Notes: generated from the sequence alone by a model not told the origin. Positions 12,433-25,290 are shown, counted from the stretch's first letter. The stretch: DNA of 64,000 bases from Syncephalis fuscata S228 (GCA_025786725.1 JAHLTZ010000045.1:87724-151723); one strand, 5' to 3'. Translations and numbers: made by a program.

Positions 12433-13278
12433 TACTAAAAAAAGAGCAAATTGATATGCATCTATTACGGCATAGACCTTTATTAAAAAATTGCAATGTC
12501 ACATTGATAAGCAGATTATTACACTGTGTATAAAATAGTACAACGTTATAAATGATGCATTACATTTGTCGACAAGAAAATTAATATTTTTGAATTCAAT
12601 CGTCATTGCAATAAATTATTATGCCACTAGATTTATTTACACTTCGATCTCTTATACATGTTGTATTTTCCTATTGTATTGGACACTTAATTGTAAGCTA
12701 GAACGCAACAAGTACCCCTCTTCTTACATTATGCTTATAATTTTTGTTATTATAAATGAAATACTTTCGCCATATGGTATGATTTTTATAAGCAGTGTAG
12801 TGTCTACATATTTACACTGTATCGATCATAAATCAACATATGATCTAAAAACTTGCCAATCCTTGTCCCTATCAATGCCACAACACGCCCAGCTGTTAAA
12901 TGTTATGGAATCTTACGGTATTTAATTTAAATATAACATAGTTCAATTGAAGCGTCTAACACTGTTATTTATTATAGGTACACGCACCAAAAACTGTTAA
13001 AGATCCAATACAAGCTACAGCAGGGCGGACAGTGAAATTGGAACTTGGTATTGGCATTCAAATTATATCTTCCATGTCAGTCTGGAGCGTATATTGAATC
13101 ATTATTGGTTCAGTGTTTGTCACAGGTTATTGCTGATAAGCTATAGCTGGTGCTTGTGACTCCAAAGGCAGGCGCTTGACGTTGGCGTTCACATAAACCA
13201 AAACGATTCGTTGCTTCGCTTTTCTTTTTGCTATTATTTCACGCCTTGTCTACAAGATTTATATGTCACAACAACAAC

Positions 13279-14051
13279 ATGCTTGCCTATTACTATAACG
13301 CGGACACCAATGAAGACCAACGTGGTGAGCACCAATATGTGCCTTCACGTCCCGTCACCATTGAACAGCTTAAAAGCGTCGGTGTGCTTTATTGGCGACT
13401 AGATTCCAGGGACCATATGGAAAAACTGGAAACCATTACTAAAGAACGTGCCTATAGCAATCGCGACGAGGTATGCTTAAATACATCTTATAAATACCAA
13501 ATACATTAACATTATTATTATTATTATTATTATTATTGATTTCTTTAAGATTGTCATCTCCCCAGATCGTTTGCCAGATTACGAGGAAAAGATTAAAATG
13601 TTCTTTAAAGAGCAAGTATTATTTATTGATAAACACATAAAATGTTAATCAAGCTATTTCCATTTAGACATTTGCATGAAGATGAAGAAATTCGTTTATT
13701 CTAGATGGATCAGGTTATTTCGATGTTCGTGATAAAGACGATGAATGGATTCGTATCTATATGGAACGCGGCGACCTTATTGTGCTACCAGCCGGTATCT
13801 ATCATCGTTTTACCCTTGATAATACCAACTTTATTCATGCTATGCGCTTGTTTAAAGATGTATGTATTCTAATGCTATAATTTATTGGAATACAACTAAC
13901 ACGTGTGTTATTAATTAATAGGAACCAAAATGGACAGCAATTAATCGGTAACTAATATCGTCTGTGCTAATATGATACTAATAGATTTAACAGACCTGTA
14001 GCTGACGAAAACACTTTTCGTGTAGAGTATTTGCGCACAATTCACACATAG
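13279..14051 (+). CDS. ADI1: Acireductone dioxygenase (methionine salvage), multi-exon
   Basis: [36 protein letters not shown] and AMRLFKDEPKWT motifs across exons. Confidence 0.95.
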
Positions 14052-14109
14052 TCGTAATAAATTGTTATTTGTCCTATTTCTTTTGCTTTTACTCTATTTG
14101 CTTTTCACA

Positions 14110-15099
14110 ATGACTGAACCACAACGTCACTGGACGCAGGAACAGCTTGTTTCCGACGCAGTATCCAAAAAGATATTGTTACTTGGTTGCATGAACAAGC
14201 ATCTAACGATGTAAGCTGCTTAAAGACAACATTCTACGTGACGCTTAACTTTGTCCAAGTTTTTAGTATTGCGTAAACTTAATGGACAAGTAAAGAACGT
14301 AGCAAAGACTCAGAGCAAAGACGCACTGATTGCTGCTTACGAAGCGCTGTTTGTAGAAAAGGCATTTCGGTAAATCAGCGTACTTTGATTGTCAAGTAAG
14401 ATCTAACCAGAGATTTGTATCCGCAACAGAGCAACAGACGAAACGCCGGCCGCTAAAGCCAAAAAGGCTGAGCCCAAACCCGATACTGCTGCCGCTAATG
14501 ATGCCGCTGCATCTATCACAGCTGTTGAGGAAGAACAAGGACCTCCCAAATACACCAAAGCCATACTGAAGAAGGGCGATCGAGTTAACTTTCCTAAAAA
14601 AAATGAGCTTGTATCAGTTTGGTAGGTAACGTTATAGCAGCAATAATAATAGATTAAATATTTTATCAATCATTGTAATATCTATCACTATTATTTGTTA
14701 TTAATATAGGTATAAAGGCACATTAGAGAATGGCACAGTATTTGACACAAATACAGAAAAGAAGCGAGGAAAAAAGCCTATTCCATTGAAGTTTAAAGGT
14801 TTGTAACGCTTCTGTCTTAATATACAATTTAGAATTAACACACCACACAACCATCCAGTTGGTACAGGCCGTGTCATTCGCGGATGGGATGAAGCATTGC
14901 TTACAATGTCCAAGGGCGAAAAGGCTCAATTAACCATCGAACCTGAATGGGCTTATGGCAAAAAGGGTGCGCCTGATGCAGGGTAAGTTACATTTAATAT
15001 AAAACGTAAAAATATCTTATATTGTTGTATACTTGTGTTTGTAGCATTGGTCCAAATCAACGGCTTATTTTTGAAGTAGAACTAGTTTCTATTGAATAA
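14110..15099 (+). CDS. FKBP3: FKBP25/FKBP3-type peptidyl-prolyl isomerase (N-terminal helical domain plus FKBP domain), multi-exon
   Basis: WTQEQLVSDAVSKKDI N-domain; GPPKYTKAILKKGD...WYKGTLENGTVFD...VGTGRVIRGWDEALLTMSKGEKA...IEPEWAYGKKG...LIFEVELVSIE*. Confidence 0.9.
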
Positions 15100-15212
15100 T
15101 GCTAATAACGCTTTTATTTCAACTAATAAAAAACATTTACCATTTACTTTTTACTTTTTATTTTTTATTTCACGTCGTATCATTTTAAACTAAATACATT
15201 CTACTTAACACA

Positions 15213-16587
15213 ATGAATCAGCCACAGAAGCGTCGTCCTTTGGGATTGAAAAAGGCGTCAGAAAGTAAAAAAGCCAAGCAGGCTGAAGAGAACCAGGAAG
15301 AACAGACGGTGTGGCTGCAAGGCGGTGAAGAAGCCGACGACGAAGTGAGTGAAGCAGCGGTTCTTTTGAAAAATGCTGTTGCAATGTTAGGTAGGTTCGA
15401 CTATAGTTTGTTAAATAGCTTTATAGTAACTATTTTATAATTATTCATATACGATAGCGGATGACCCAGATAGAGCACAACTACTATTGCAAGGCACAGT
15501 CCATGAATGTGATCGTATTTTAAGAAACACAACGGATGCATCCCCACTTCCAGGTCGTTTCTATGCCACCTATGCACTGGCGCTGTGTGAACTTGGAGAG
15601 CTGTGCGCCAGTGACTCAATCGAAGAGTCCATTGGTTTCTTACAATTGGCGGATGATTTTGCGCAACAAGGGCAAGATATGACCGAGAACCAAGATACAG
15701 TGGATATCTATGAAACGTGTATTGCTAGTGGGCGTGTATCGCTTTCTCAAGTAAGCTAAATTGAAAATAAAACCATTGCAGATAGCTCACTAAATGTATA
15801 GGCACGTATAATTCTTTATCAAGCTGAACAGGAAAATGAACAGGGTTCAAATGATACGATTCCAGATGAACAATTGAATAATATTGACCAACTAGTTCAA
15901 AAAGCACATCAATACTTTACACAAGCCATAGAAGTAAAGGCTAAAACAAAAGATACGAATCCAACCGACTATACTGATGCAATACAACTAGCTGGTAGTC
16001 TACTGCAAACTCACGCAGACTTGCGAGATGATTGGAAAGGTCGCAATCAATGGAATACTTTGGCAATTACGCTATTTAAGACCATTGGTAAGCCAAGCTT
16101 ATAAGTATTTATTTGATTAATATAACCATTCAATAGAAACGAGTGAGGGTACAGCCTTAATTTGTCAAAGTATAGGTGCAGCATTTATGTCACAAGCAAA
16201 CTGGTGGCTAGAACGTCAAGACGACGACGATGAAGACGATGAAGACGATGAAGCCGCTAGTGATAAAGACAAGTCAGATGTTGGTAAAATAGTTGAATTA
16301 CTTCATAAAGCCGAAGCGAACTTTACACAAGCCAAACAATGGGCCGAAAAAGTCCAGAATCCATAACAACTGGCTCTATACTTGTACAATTGGCAGAATG
16401 TAGCATTAATCTTGGCAATGTTGCGGATACTGAAAATGATGAAGCAGCATGCTACACACGTGCAGCTGAATATCTTCAACAAGCCATTGGTTCTGGATAT
16501 TCTTTACCAGAACAACTATCTGCATTCCTAAAAGAATGGAATATGGATAGTGGTGATGATGATGATGATGAAAGTATGAGTGAATAA
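15213..16587 (+). CDS. ETT1: ETT1/Nro1-like protein (enhancer of translation termination / negative regulator of Ofd1), multi-exon
   Basis: N-terminal KRRPLGLKK and GTVHECDRILRN motifs, helical repeat body, acidic C-terminus. Confidence 0.7.
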
Positions 16588-17037
16588 ACCATTTTTATCA
16601 TATTAATTGACTATTTTCATTTATTTATTTCAATATACATTATGTATTGTAATTTAGCTAATTTTCTTTTTTATTTCTATATTATATTATATATTATTTT
16701 GGTATTTTTATTTAATTTACATCTTTTATTTATGTTTAAACAATAAAAAACAGTTTTTACATGGCGACTAACCTTGATAACATAAATTTAGTTGCTGTTA
16801 TCTTTATGCCACTAGATAGTTAATACTAGTGTATAATAAGGTTAACTTAGATAATAAATTCATAATAACTATAAGCAGACCTTTTCCAGATATGGATTAA
16901 GTAGACTATGGCCAATGTTCCGTGTTTATCGCTTGCCATCACACTTACACACTTCGTCATCACTCATTACTACTCTTTTACCTTACTACTTTTGCGTGGT
17001 TTATTCTTTACTAGCGTCGGTCGACTTCATCCACACG

Positions 17038-18686
17038 ATGGATGCATCTAAAACTTTAGTTGTTGATAATGGTACTGGTGTAAGTGCTAACCTACATACT
17101 TTAACGACATTGGTTAACACGTCTATACGTGCATACACGCACCACCTACTACGCCCTGCTTGTTTCGAGCTAGTTTGCCAAGGTAGGCTATGCCGGCTCT
17201 AACTTTCCCGAATTCGTCTTTCCGTCTGTCGTGGGCCGTCCTATTATTCGTGCTGAAGAGAAAATTGGCAATGTCGAGGTGAAGGATATTATGGTGGGCG
17301 ATGAAGCTGCCGCCTTGCGTAGTATTCTCCAAATGTCATATCCAATGGAAAATGGCATTGTTAAGAACTGGGAAGATATGTGCCATGTATGGGATTATAC
17401 ATTTAATGAAAAACTACGTATCGACCCAAAGGATAGTAAGATTTTATTGACCGAACCACCAATGAACCCGCTAAAGAATCGCGAGAAAATGGCCGAGGTT
17501 ATGTTTGAAGAGTATGGATTCCAGGGCATTTATGTGGCAATTCAAGCTGTATTGACCCTTTATGCTCAAGGTAAGCCATTAGATAATGGCATTAATTGTG
17601 ATCTTGTTCTAATAATAACAATTAAGGTTTATTAACGGGTGTGGTAATTGACTCTGGTGATGGTGTGACGCATATTGTGCCGGTCTACGATGGATTTTCT
17701 ATGCCGCATCTTACGCGGCGACTTGATGTAGCGGGAAGAAGCGTAACACGCTATTTGATTAAGCTGCTATTGTTGCGCGGATATGCCTTTAATCGAACGG
17801 CTGATTTCGAAACTGTTCGTCAAATTAAGGAGAAGTTATGCTATGTTAGGTGAGTAACATAGAAAATAAATAAACAAATAAATAAGCTATAGCATCAACG
17901 AACTACTTTATCTAGTTACGATCTTGACCTTGATCAAAAGCTGGCCAACGAAACTACTGTACTAGTAGAGAATTACACAGTAAGTTTATCTATGTTGTTA
18001 TTTATATATAAATACTAAATATGGGTATAGCTGCCAGATGGTCGAGTTATTAAAGTTGGATCTGAGCGATTTGAAGCACCTGAATGTTTGTTCCAACCTG
18101 AACTAGTTGATATCGAATCAGTGGGCATGGCCGGTAAGTCAATTGTAACAAATAGGGGACATAATTATAATAACTGTATATAATATATAATACAGAGCTA
18201 TTGTATAACACCATTCAAACTGCCGATATTGATATTCGATCTGAATTGTATAAGCATATTGTTCTTTCTGGGGGTTCTACAATGTATCCAGGTCTACCCA
18301 GTCGATTAGAAAAGGAAATTAAACAACTATATCTTACTCGTACACTTGATGGAGATATTGAGCGTCTTAAAGTAGGTTATTTATATATATATATATATAT
18401 AGAACGAGTATATTGATTAATATGATGTCATGATCATTTTTTTACTTATTAGAAATTCAAGGTACATATTGAAGATCCACCACGTCGTAAACATATGGTA
18501 TTCCTTGGTGGTGCCGTATTAGCCGATATTATGAAAGATAAAGATACTTTTTGGGTTACGCGACAGGAATGGCAGGAACAAGGGATACGAGCACTGGTAA
18601 GCACAAAAGCAATCAATAATAATAACAACAATACAATTAACACAATGAATACAATTTTTTAGGATAAACTCAGTCACAAAGCTTAA
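17038..18686 (+). CDS. ARP2: Actin-related protein 2 (Arp2/3 complex), multi-exon
   Basis: [88 protein letters not shown]. Confidence 0.97.
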
Positions 18687-18886
18687 TTAATATGGTTATC
18701 ATTATCCTAACTGCCACTAATACTAATGGTATTAACAACAGTAACATTAGTCAAGGTAAATGTGGATCATGCCAGTTGTCCACTCATCACTCATCATTAT
18801 CATCCGTAGAGCGAATAAAGTGCTTTCAAATTATTTCATATAAATTGGATTTATAAATAATCTATTAGTATTCTGGAGATACTTCC

Positions 18887-20280
18887 CTTTGAGTCCCTAT
18901 CCTTAAAACGGGACAAAAAATTCATAGCTTGAACAATAAACCGTCAATCAGTTTTTACTACTGAGAAGTGGTTTGTTGTAGTGCTACATCAACTCCAATT
19001 AAATTAATTAGAAAATTAATCAACACAATTTCCAATATCCGATATCAGTGTTAATAAATGTTAAATAGTATTTCATGTTACTTACAATAGAATATTACAT
19101 TTAATTATGATGTTGATGCAACAGTGTCAGTTTGATTTCTTATACTAATAGATGGTAAGAAATCAGAAGGCCTTGGTTCACCACTGGCCATTGTACTGAA
19201 TATACTGTGCATGTTTCTGCTGGCATTAACATCGCACTATTTATTCATTCATATAAACTATTGGTCTATTGCTTCATCGTCTAGAATATGACTATGTTTC
19301 ATTATTTTAATAACGACGCTTTCTATGGCTACACTTGTCTTTAAGAAACATTGGCTTTGATTGTATTTCCTACTACACTCAGTAATTTATTGGTAGTATG
19401 TTTTATAGCAACAACTTTAGTATTAAATGGCTTTAATGTTTCTATTGTACTTTGACTCCCGCATTTTATTTATCCATTTCGTCATCTTTTCCTATCGCTA
19501 TCTTGTTGTTCTATTCAGTAATATATTATGTGATAATGTTGAATATAACAATATAAATAGCATGCGTATTTGAGCATCAATAAAAATGTTATTCAATTTC
19601 TGGTTTTTATTTCTCTTATTTCACATTAACATTTGTTCAAGTAGCATCAACGGCATGCCGTATATTCTGGTTACAACTGCCGCCACAAGATATTCATGGT
19701 GAAGACACTCAATCTATCATTATTGCATATGGTGGAGGTAATTTGCTTGATCAATGGTCGACAAATAAACTGCGCCTACCAAGTTGATATCAAAAATGCT
19801 CAAGAAAATGGTGAACATCAGAAATGCTAATTATTCTACCTTTTGTCACCATAGGCGAGTATCTTACAGCGTAAATGTGCCCAAAATGCAACATTAGAAG
19901 ATTGTAAAATAGAACAGACCATTTAGATGCAAGAAACCACACTGTGCATAGTAACAACAATAACAGCTGCGGAACGATATGGAATTGCAATCAATGGCTT
20001 TTATTAATATTTGATCAACCTTTCTACACATGGCCAACAACAACAATGATCAACCTCAAACATTTCAATGGAATCAAATAGTATGTTACATTATTTATTT
20101 AAATGTTTAAAATAGCAGCTAGTGATACAATGCTCCGTTACATTTTATTTTATGAAAATGGTAATGTAATGTACTAACATTAGTGTTTATTGTAGATGGT
20201 CATTTAAACGTAATTCAACTATTCAAATCATTACAATTGATTGAGTAAAAAGATTTGCTGCTTTGGGGATTAGAGTAGAT
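18887..20280 (+). mobile_element. Composite non-autonomous TIR element with decayed Fanzor C-terminus; second left-type TIR at 19446
   Basis: Left end CTTTGAGTCCC, internal TTGTACTTTGACTCCC, right end TTTGCTGCTTTGGGGATTAGAGTAG. It is near-identical to 62851-64000. Confidence 0.8.
19670..20207 (+). pseudogene. Fanzor (eukaryotic TnpB) pseudogene fragment, lineage 1
   Basis: Frameshift-corrected reading: IIIAYGGG...APTKLISKMLKKMVNIR...FVTIGEYLTA*MCPKCNIRRL*...CGTIWNCNQMA.INI.STFLHMANNNNDQPQTF. This is RuvC-II (DE>GE), a zinc-finger CxxC and RuvC-III (WNRD>WNCN). Confidence 0.8.
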
Positions 20281-20781
20281 AGTCAATCAATAATAAATTT
20301 AAATTTAAATATCAAGTGAAAACGAAAAGTGTAATAAAATGAGTTCAAATGACAAATAATAATTTAAATATAAATAAATTTAATCGACTTGTCAATTGTT
20401 CAAGTCTTTATAGTTAATCTCGTAAAATAAGCAATTTATTTGGCATTTTTGACAAACTTAATGTTCAGTTAATAAATAAATAAATAAAGGTTACTTTGTT
20501 GTAATTTGTTACGTTTATGCAATAAAAATAGTAATTACATTAATTTAAGAATTGGTCAGGGTAGTCAGGGATTGAAAAAAGCTTAAATATTTTATTGATA
20601 ATATTAGATGTCTTCTTATGTAGTGTTTTCTATGTAATGCCATATCAACACTTGGAACATTTAGTAGGTGAATTCTGCATTTTTATAATACAAAGAGCTG
20701 TATAATCATAATGATTATATTTTATGACACACTTTTTAAAAGCTGTGAAGTATGAATAATTATTTATATATAATTAAATAG

Positions 20782-21292
20782 TGATCCACCAAGAGAGAAA
20801 GAAGGATGGTGTCCAGCAAGATTACAAACAGCTGACAAAATGCCACTTATTGTATTCAGCGATGCAGTGTTTGACAAGCAGAGCAATGTATACAAGGGCC
20901 ATCGATCTGCTGTTGTCAACAGGTGCTGGCAAATGTTGAAACGACGAGAGCATCGTGGAGACCTTGTTGCCATTAAGATTGATGAGAATCTTTCTCTCAG
21001 GTAAGTATTTAATATAATCACTATTTTATTTAACAATTTAACAATTTAATAGATTTGTCATGTCTGTAAGGAAAAAAGTCTGATAGAAAAGATTGCTGTA
21101 AATGGTCATACCCATCACACCACCTTAGTCTGCCAAAACTGCCAGGTGGTGTGGAATCGGTATGTCATGGCAAGCAAAAATGTTTTCCATATCGCCGAAT
21201 CAATCTGGGATGGAAATGGCAGACCAGCTGAGTTTGCCAGACCATCTCAGGCCAGTACAATCATTGCAGAGAACGCGGGTTCGTCTCAATGA
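20782..21292 (+). pseudogene. Fanzor pseudogene fragment, lineage 2, with spliceosomal intron 21001-21052
   Basis: KMPLIVFSDAVFDK..YKGHRSAVVNRCWQMLKRREHRGDLVAIKIDENLS | ICHVCKEK...LVCQNCQVVWNRYVMASKNVFHIAESIWDGNGRPAEFAR. RuvC-II DE, two CxxC pairs, RuvC-III D>Y. Confidence 0.88.
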
Positions 21293-21311
21293 GACTTTTC
21301 AGATTTTAAAC

Positions 21312-21515
21312 GTAAGTTTTATTCAAATGTTTAAAATAGCAACTACTAATACAATGTTCTGTTACGTTTAATTATATTTTATGGAAATGATACTGTTATT
21401 ACACTACATTAATGTTTATTATAAATAATGATTTGAACACAAATTAATCGAATCAAATTACTACGATCGATTGCGTAAAATGATTTGCTACCCCAGGGGG
21501 ATTAACATACAATTC
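21312..21515 (+). mobile_element. Conserved right-end block of the Fanzor TIR family
   Basis: AAATGTTTAAAATAGCA...TTTTATGGAAATGATA...TTGCGTAAAATGATTTGCT...GGGGATT...TACAATTC aligns with 12050-12230 and 20100-20277. Confidence 0.7.
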
Positions 21516-21787
21516 AGTCAATATTTTATCGGCATTAATGGCATGAAATCTAACCGAATTCAGACCGGATGTTTATTAATTTTATTTCACAATATTAATA
21601 ACACCTTCTTTCCTTTACTTTTTCTCCTTCTTGGCTATTCTTTCTTTCTTTCTCTTCTCATCTACCACTTTTGTTTTCAGATTTAACATCTACAATCAAC
21701 TAGCATCTACAGAGTGCCGTTTTTATTGCTTTTGGTCGATAGAACGCACACCCACAAATATAAACATACAAAAAGTATAATTATATC

Positions 21788-22533
21788 ATGCTTATCCAAT
21801 ATTGTCGTCCACGTCGACCTTTATTATGGCTATTTGTCATTACAGTAACTATTCTACTTATTGTGACCATTGTGTCACTTAGTAGCCGTTCAAATAGTTC
21901 TATTGACCATTTCTCCAACTATCAGCAAGACCCGGCTGTTTCATCCGGCTGGTTTAGTGGTATCGATCTAGCTACAGGGAATGATTTCTGGTCACCAGCC
22001 ATGACATCTGCTAATATAGGTGGTGGTGTTATTATGAGCGAGTTGGGTAATGCAACCATACGGTAAGTCAATAGAGTTGCATACTAAAGAGTTAATTAGT
22101 ATAATCTAATACATGATTTATATTATTAATGTTATCAATATTACTATAGAGCTGAATTGGGACAATCAGCTGGCGTGTACTGCACACTATGGCATCTCGA
22201 TTCCCCAAGCAGCCCACTGAAGATGAAAAGGGAGCACTACGCTCTTTTATCTATTTATTCGCTCGTCTTTATCCGTGTGGTCAATGTGCTAAGCATTTTC
22301 AACTCGTACTTAAGGAGCACCCGCCTGTAGTTGAGTCGCGATCAGAAGTGGCACAATGGGCCTGTAAAGTACATAATGTCGTCAATAAGCGACTTGATAA
22401 ACCAGTATTTGACTGCAGCACCGTTGAAACCCATTGGAAGTGTGGCTGTGCCGACGCAGATGGCGAAGACGGCAATGATAATGAGACATCAACTGAGAAG
22501 AAGACAGTATCTGCAGTAGCAGCATTACTATAG
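21788..22533 (+). CDS. ERV2: FAD-linked sulfhydryl oxidase of the ER (Erv2 type), 2 exons
   Basis: N-terminal signal anchor; LGNATIR|AELG..WRVLHT, YPCGQCAKHF, CKVHNVVNKRL, C-terminal WKCGC. Confidence 0.92.
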
Positions 22534-22659
22534 TATTATTTTGTATCTGCTTAGTGCACTTTTCTCTACAAGCCATTATTTTATATTTTAATTTGTTTCT
22601 ATATTACTGGAAATCTTTTAATTACTTTTATTATGTTTCTTATTATAATGGATGCATAT

Positions 22660-23486
22660 TTATTGAAATAGATTCCAATTGATAATGTTAAACGACGATA
22701 AAAGCGTTTTAATATGCGTTTCGCCGGCCATTGCTGATGTATTAGCATCAATAGGACTGCTGTTATTGTTGTTGGATTGTTGATTTATCGCACGACTACT
22801 ACTTGTTGATCCAATGGCCACAGGTACATTGACAGTAACTAATATCTCGGTAGAGATGTGCCGTAGTCGAAGAACGGCCATAAAAATATCTACAGTATTT
22901 AAGGACGTACTTGTTTTTTCGCGGAATTTAGCCACTTGTTGCTGGCCAGCAAGTAAATAGCCGACGGTATCCGAACTATATAGCGTTGTTACGTCATCAG
23001 TAGCGCATTGTTATTCAATAAATAGTATCGTATATGTGTCTTGGTCATTAATGACTATTTCTATTCAGTATACTTACGGAAGATGTGGTAGATCAGCTGT
23101 TGTTAATGATACTAAATTAATAATTTGTGTTTCTGGTGATTCATTATGTTGGGCAATTTGTTCAAAATGAAATCTATTAAATATTAAATGTTAATTAAAG
23201 TAAAATTAATATGGTTTATAATTAATTACTTGGCACACTCATTATCTGGGACATCTTCATCTAATTCAAGCAACTCAACAATAATGCTTTCTTCTGTTTC
23301 GGTAGCTGCAAAAACCTCTTGGTTATCAGGCACTTCACGAAATTGACTAGTTAGTAAAAATTAGTATTTGTATAATAAATAATCATTATTCTATTCTATT
23401 TACTACCTAACGTCACTAAAAGTACTGGGAATGACCGCTTCGATAGCCCCACCAAATAAAGCACGTTTTATTACAGCGTCTGTCAT
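22660..23486 (-). CDS. MOG1: Ran guanine nucleotide release factor Mog1, multi-exon
   Basis: LFGGAI..IP, QFREVPDNQEVF, ESIIVELLE, FHFEQIA, GQQQVAKF, AVLRLRHISTEILVTVNVP, FNIINWNLF. Confidence 0.9.
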
Positions 23487-25227
23487 TGCAATGTGTGCCA
23501 AGTTAGCCGAGTTATAAAAAGAAAAAAGAAAAGATTAATAAACACTTTGCGTGTGTGTGTACTAATCAATTTACTATCATGCCTATCACTATGACGCTTA
23601 TCATTACACTTCCGTAGTCAAGGACACGTGAAAATCGACAAGGGACATCATTTTTAACCGGCACTTGCCGTATCCGACCTCTTGCATCATTCCAATCTTG
23701 CCAACCTATTTTATCCAACGTATTGTGTGCGTGTTTGAATACAGTTCACTTCTTCTTTAGTTTATTTCTCGGTTCAGTTAAGCTATTTGTTGTTGTCATT
23801 ATTGTGAATGCCGTGAATTGAATCGCTTTTACTTTGGTCAACGACTAATCTTTTGACATGCCAAAGGGTAAGTGCCAAGGCTATAGCGCTATCGTTTAAA
23901 GGGCAGAAAGCAGTCGTGGTGATTATTTTTGGTATAATGCTTTAAAGGGTCAATGCTGGTGGCTATACTCAGTATTCGGTATTCAGTACGGTGTTGTTGA
24001 CTACTAGGCGGCGGTCGTGTCTATTCATCTATATTGCATCTAAGGCGGGGCCATGTCTTGGGTAGCGTTCCTTTGTACGCGTATCACGTGTTGAGCTACC
24101 CCACATTTTAGTTACTGTAAAGTATCAACATCCAAGTAATACATCGTCTTTGGTAAAGAACTGTCGTACAAATAGTTCAAACTTTTATTCGCTGATTAAA
24201 ACAGCAATATCTACTGTGGTTATTTATAGCGTAGTTTGCTTCTATAAAGTAGTATATTTACTAGCAATAGTTTGTTTAATAATGCGTAATGGCGGCAAAG
24301 GCTTATCATGACACGGGTGGAGTTTATATTAAAGGGCCGGTGTTGATAGGCTGTTTGTTTTGTCATTGGATCTAAAAGGATCACATTGGCTTTAGATAGA
24401 AAATTTCTACTTTTTCACATCGCCGCCTTTTATCGTTTGTTTATGCAAATATGCGCATCAACCTTTTTTAATTCATGCTACTGCTTAATTCTCGTATTTT
24501 TGTTTCCTAATTGCTCTCATTAAGTATTTTATGAGTTGGTGCGTTTATTGACCACCACAGCCATTGATAAGTCTAGGTAAGTAAGATGTGACATATGTTA
24601 TGCTTTACCTTTTCTTTTACTGCTTAACAACAACAACGGGGGTGTACACTTTGCAGATTGCATATGCAGTACAGTAGATTGCGTATTGCGTTGCATACAG
24701 TTCTATTTCTTTATACGCTTTTATGAGTGTGATTAGTGGCAACAGTAACAAAGTAGCTGCAAAAGCTAAGAACGCTTTACATTGTCCTTTTATTTGCTTA
24801 TTTCTACAAGATCGCCACAGTACTTGCTTGTATCCCTTTTATGCTTTGTATAGTCACTGTTATGCATAGTATAGTGTTTGTTTAAGGTAATGAGGCATAA
24901 CAACATTTTTTTTGTAGTGTTTGTATTGAAGATTGGTACACTAGTTGTCAAATACACTTGCTTGGCATTATTCTACTATTGATAATAGATAATAGCTGGC
25001 ATATTATCTCTATTATTATACTATTCCTATACTGTAGTTTTCAAAGTTTTTTCTTCTTATGACTGAGCTGTGGTCACATCTCCTTGTTTCATTGTGTAAC
25101 TACTGATGACTATATTTATGCTAACAGCACGTGTGTCTTTTATTCTTGATGATTTATCAGGTGACAGTTGAACATTTGACTTGAGACGGTGATATTGTCC
25201 TTTTTTACGAACTGGTATCGCCTACTG

Positions 25228-25290
25228 TAACAACAATAACAATAACAACAATACTAACAACAATAACAATAACAACAATAACAATAACAG
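25228..25290 (+). repeat. (AAC/AAT)n trinucleotide microsatellite in presumed 5' UTR
   Basis: aacaacaataacaataacaac... tract. Confidence 0.8.

Noticed and set aside
19790-19990. Duplicated 66-aa minus-strand ORF with signal-peptide-like start (also 63752-63952)
   Set aside because: It is the antisense of the Fanzor zinc-finger remnant; the Leu run comes from an AAC tract and the duplication reflects the element copy.
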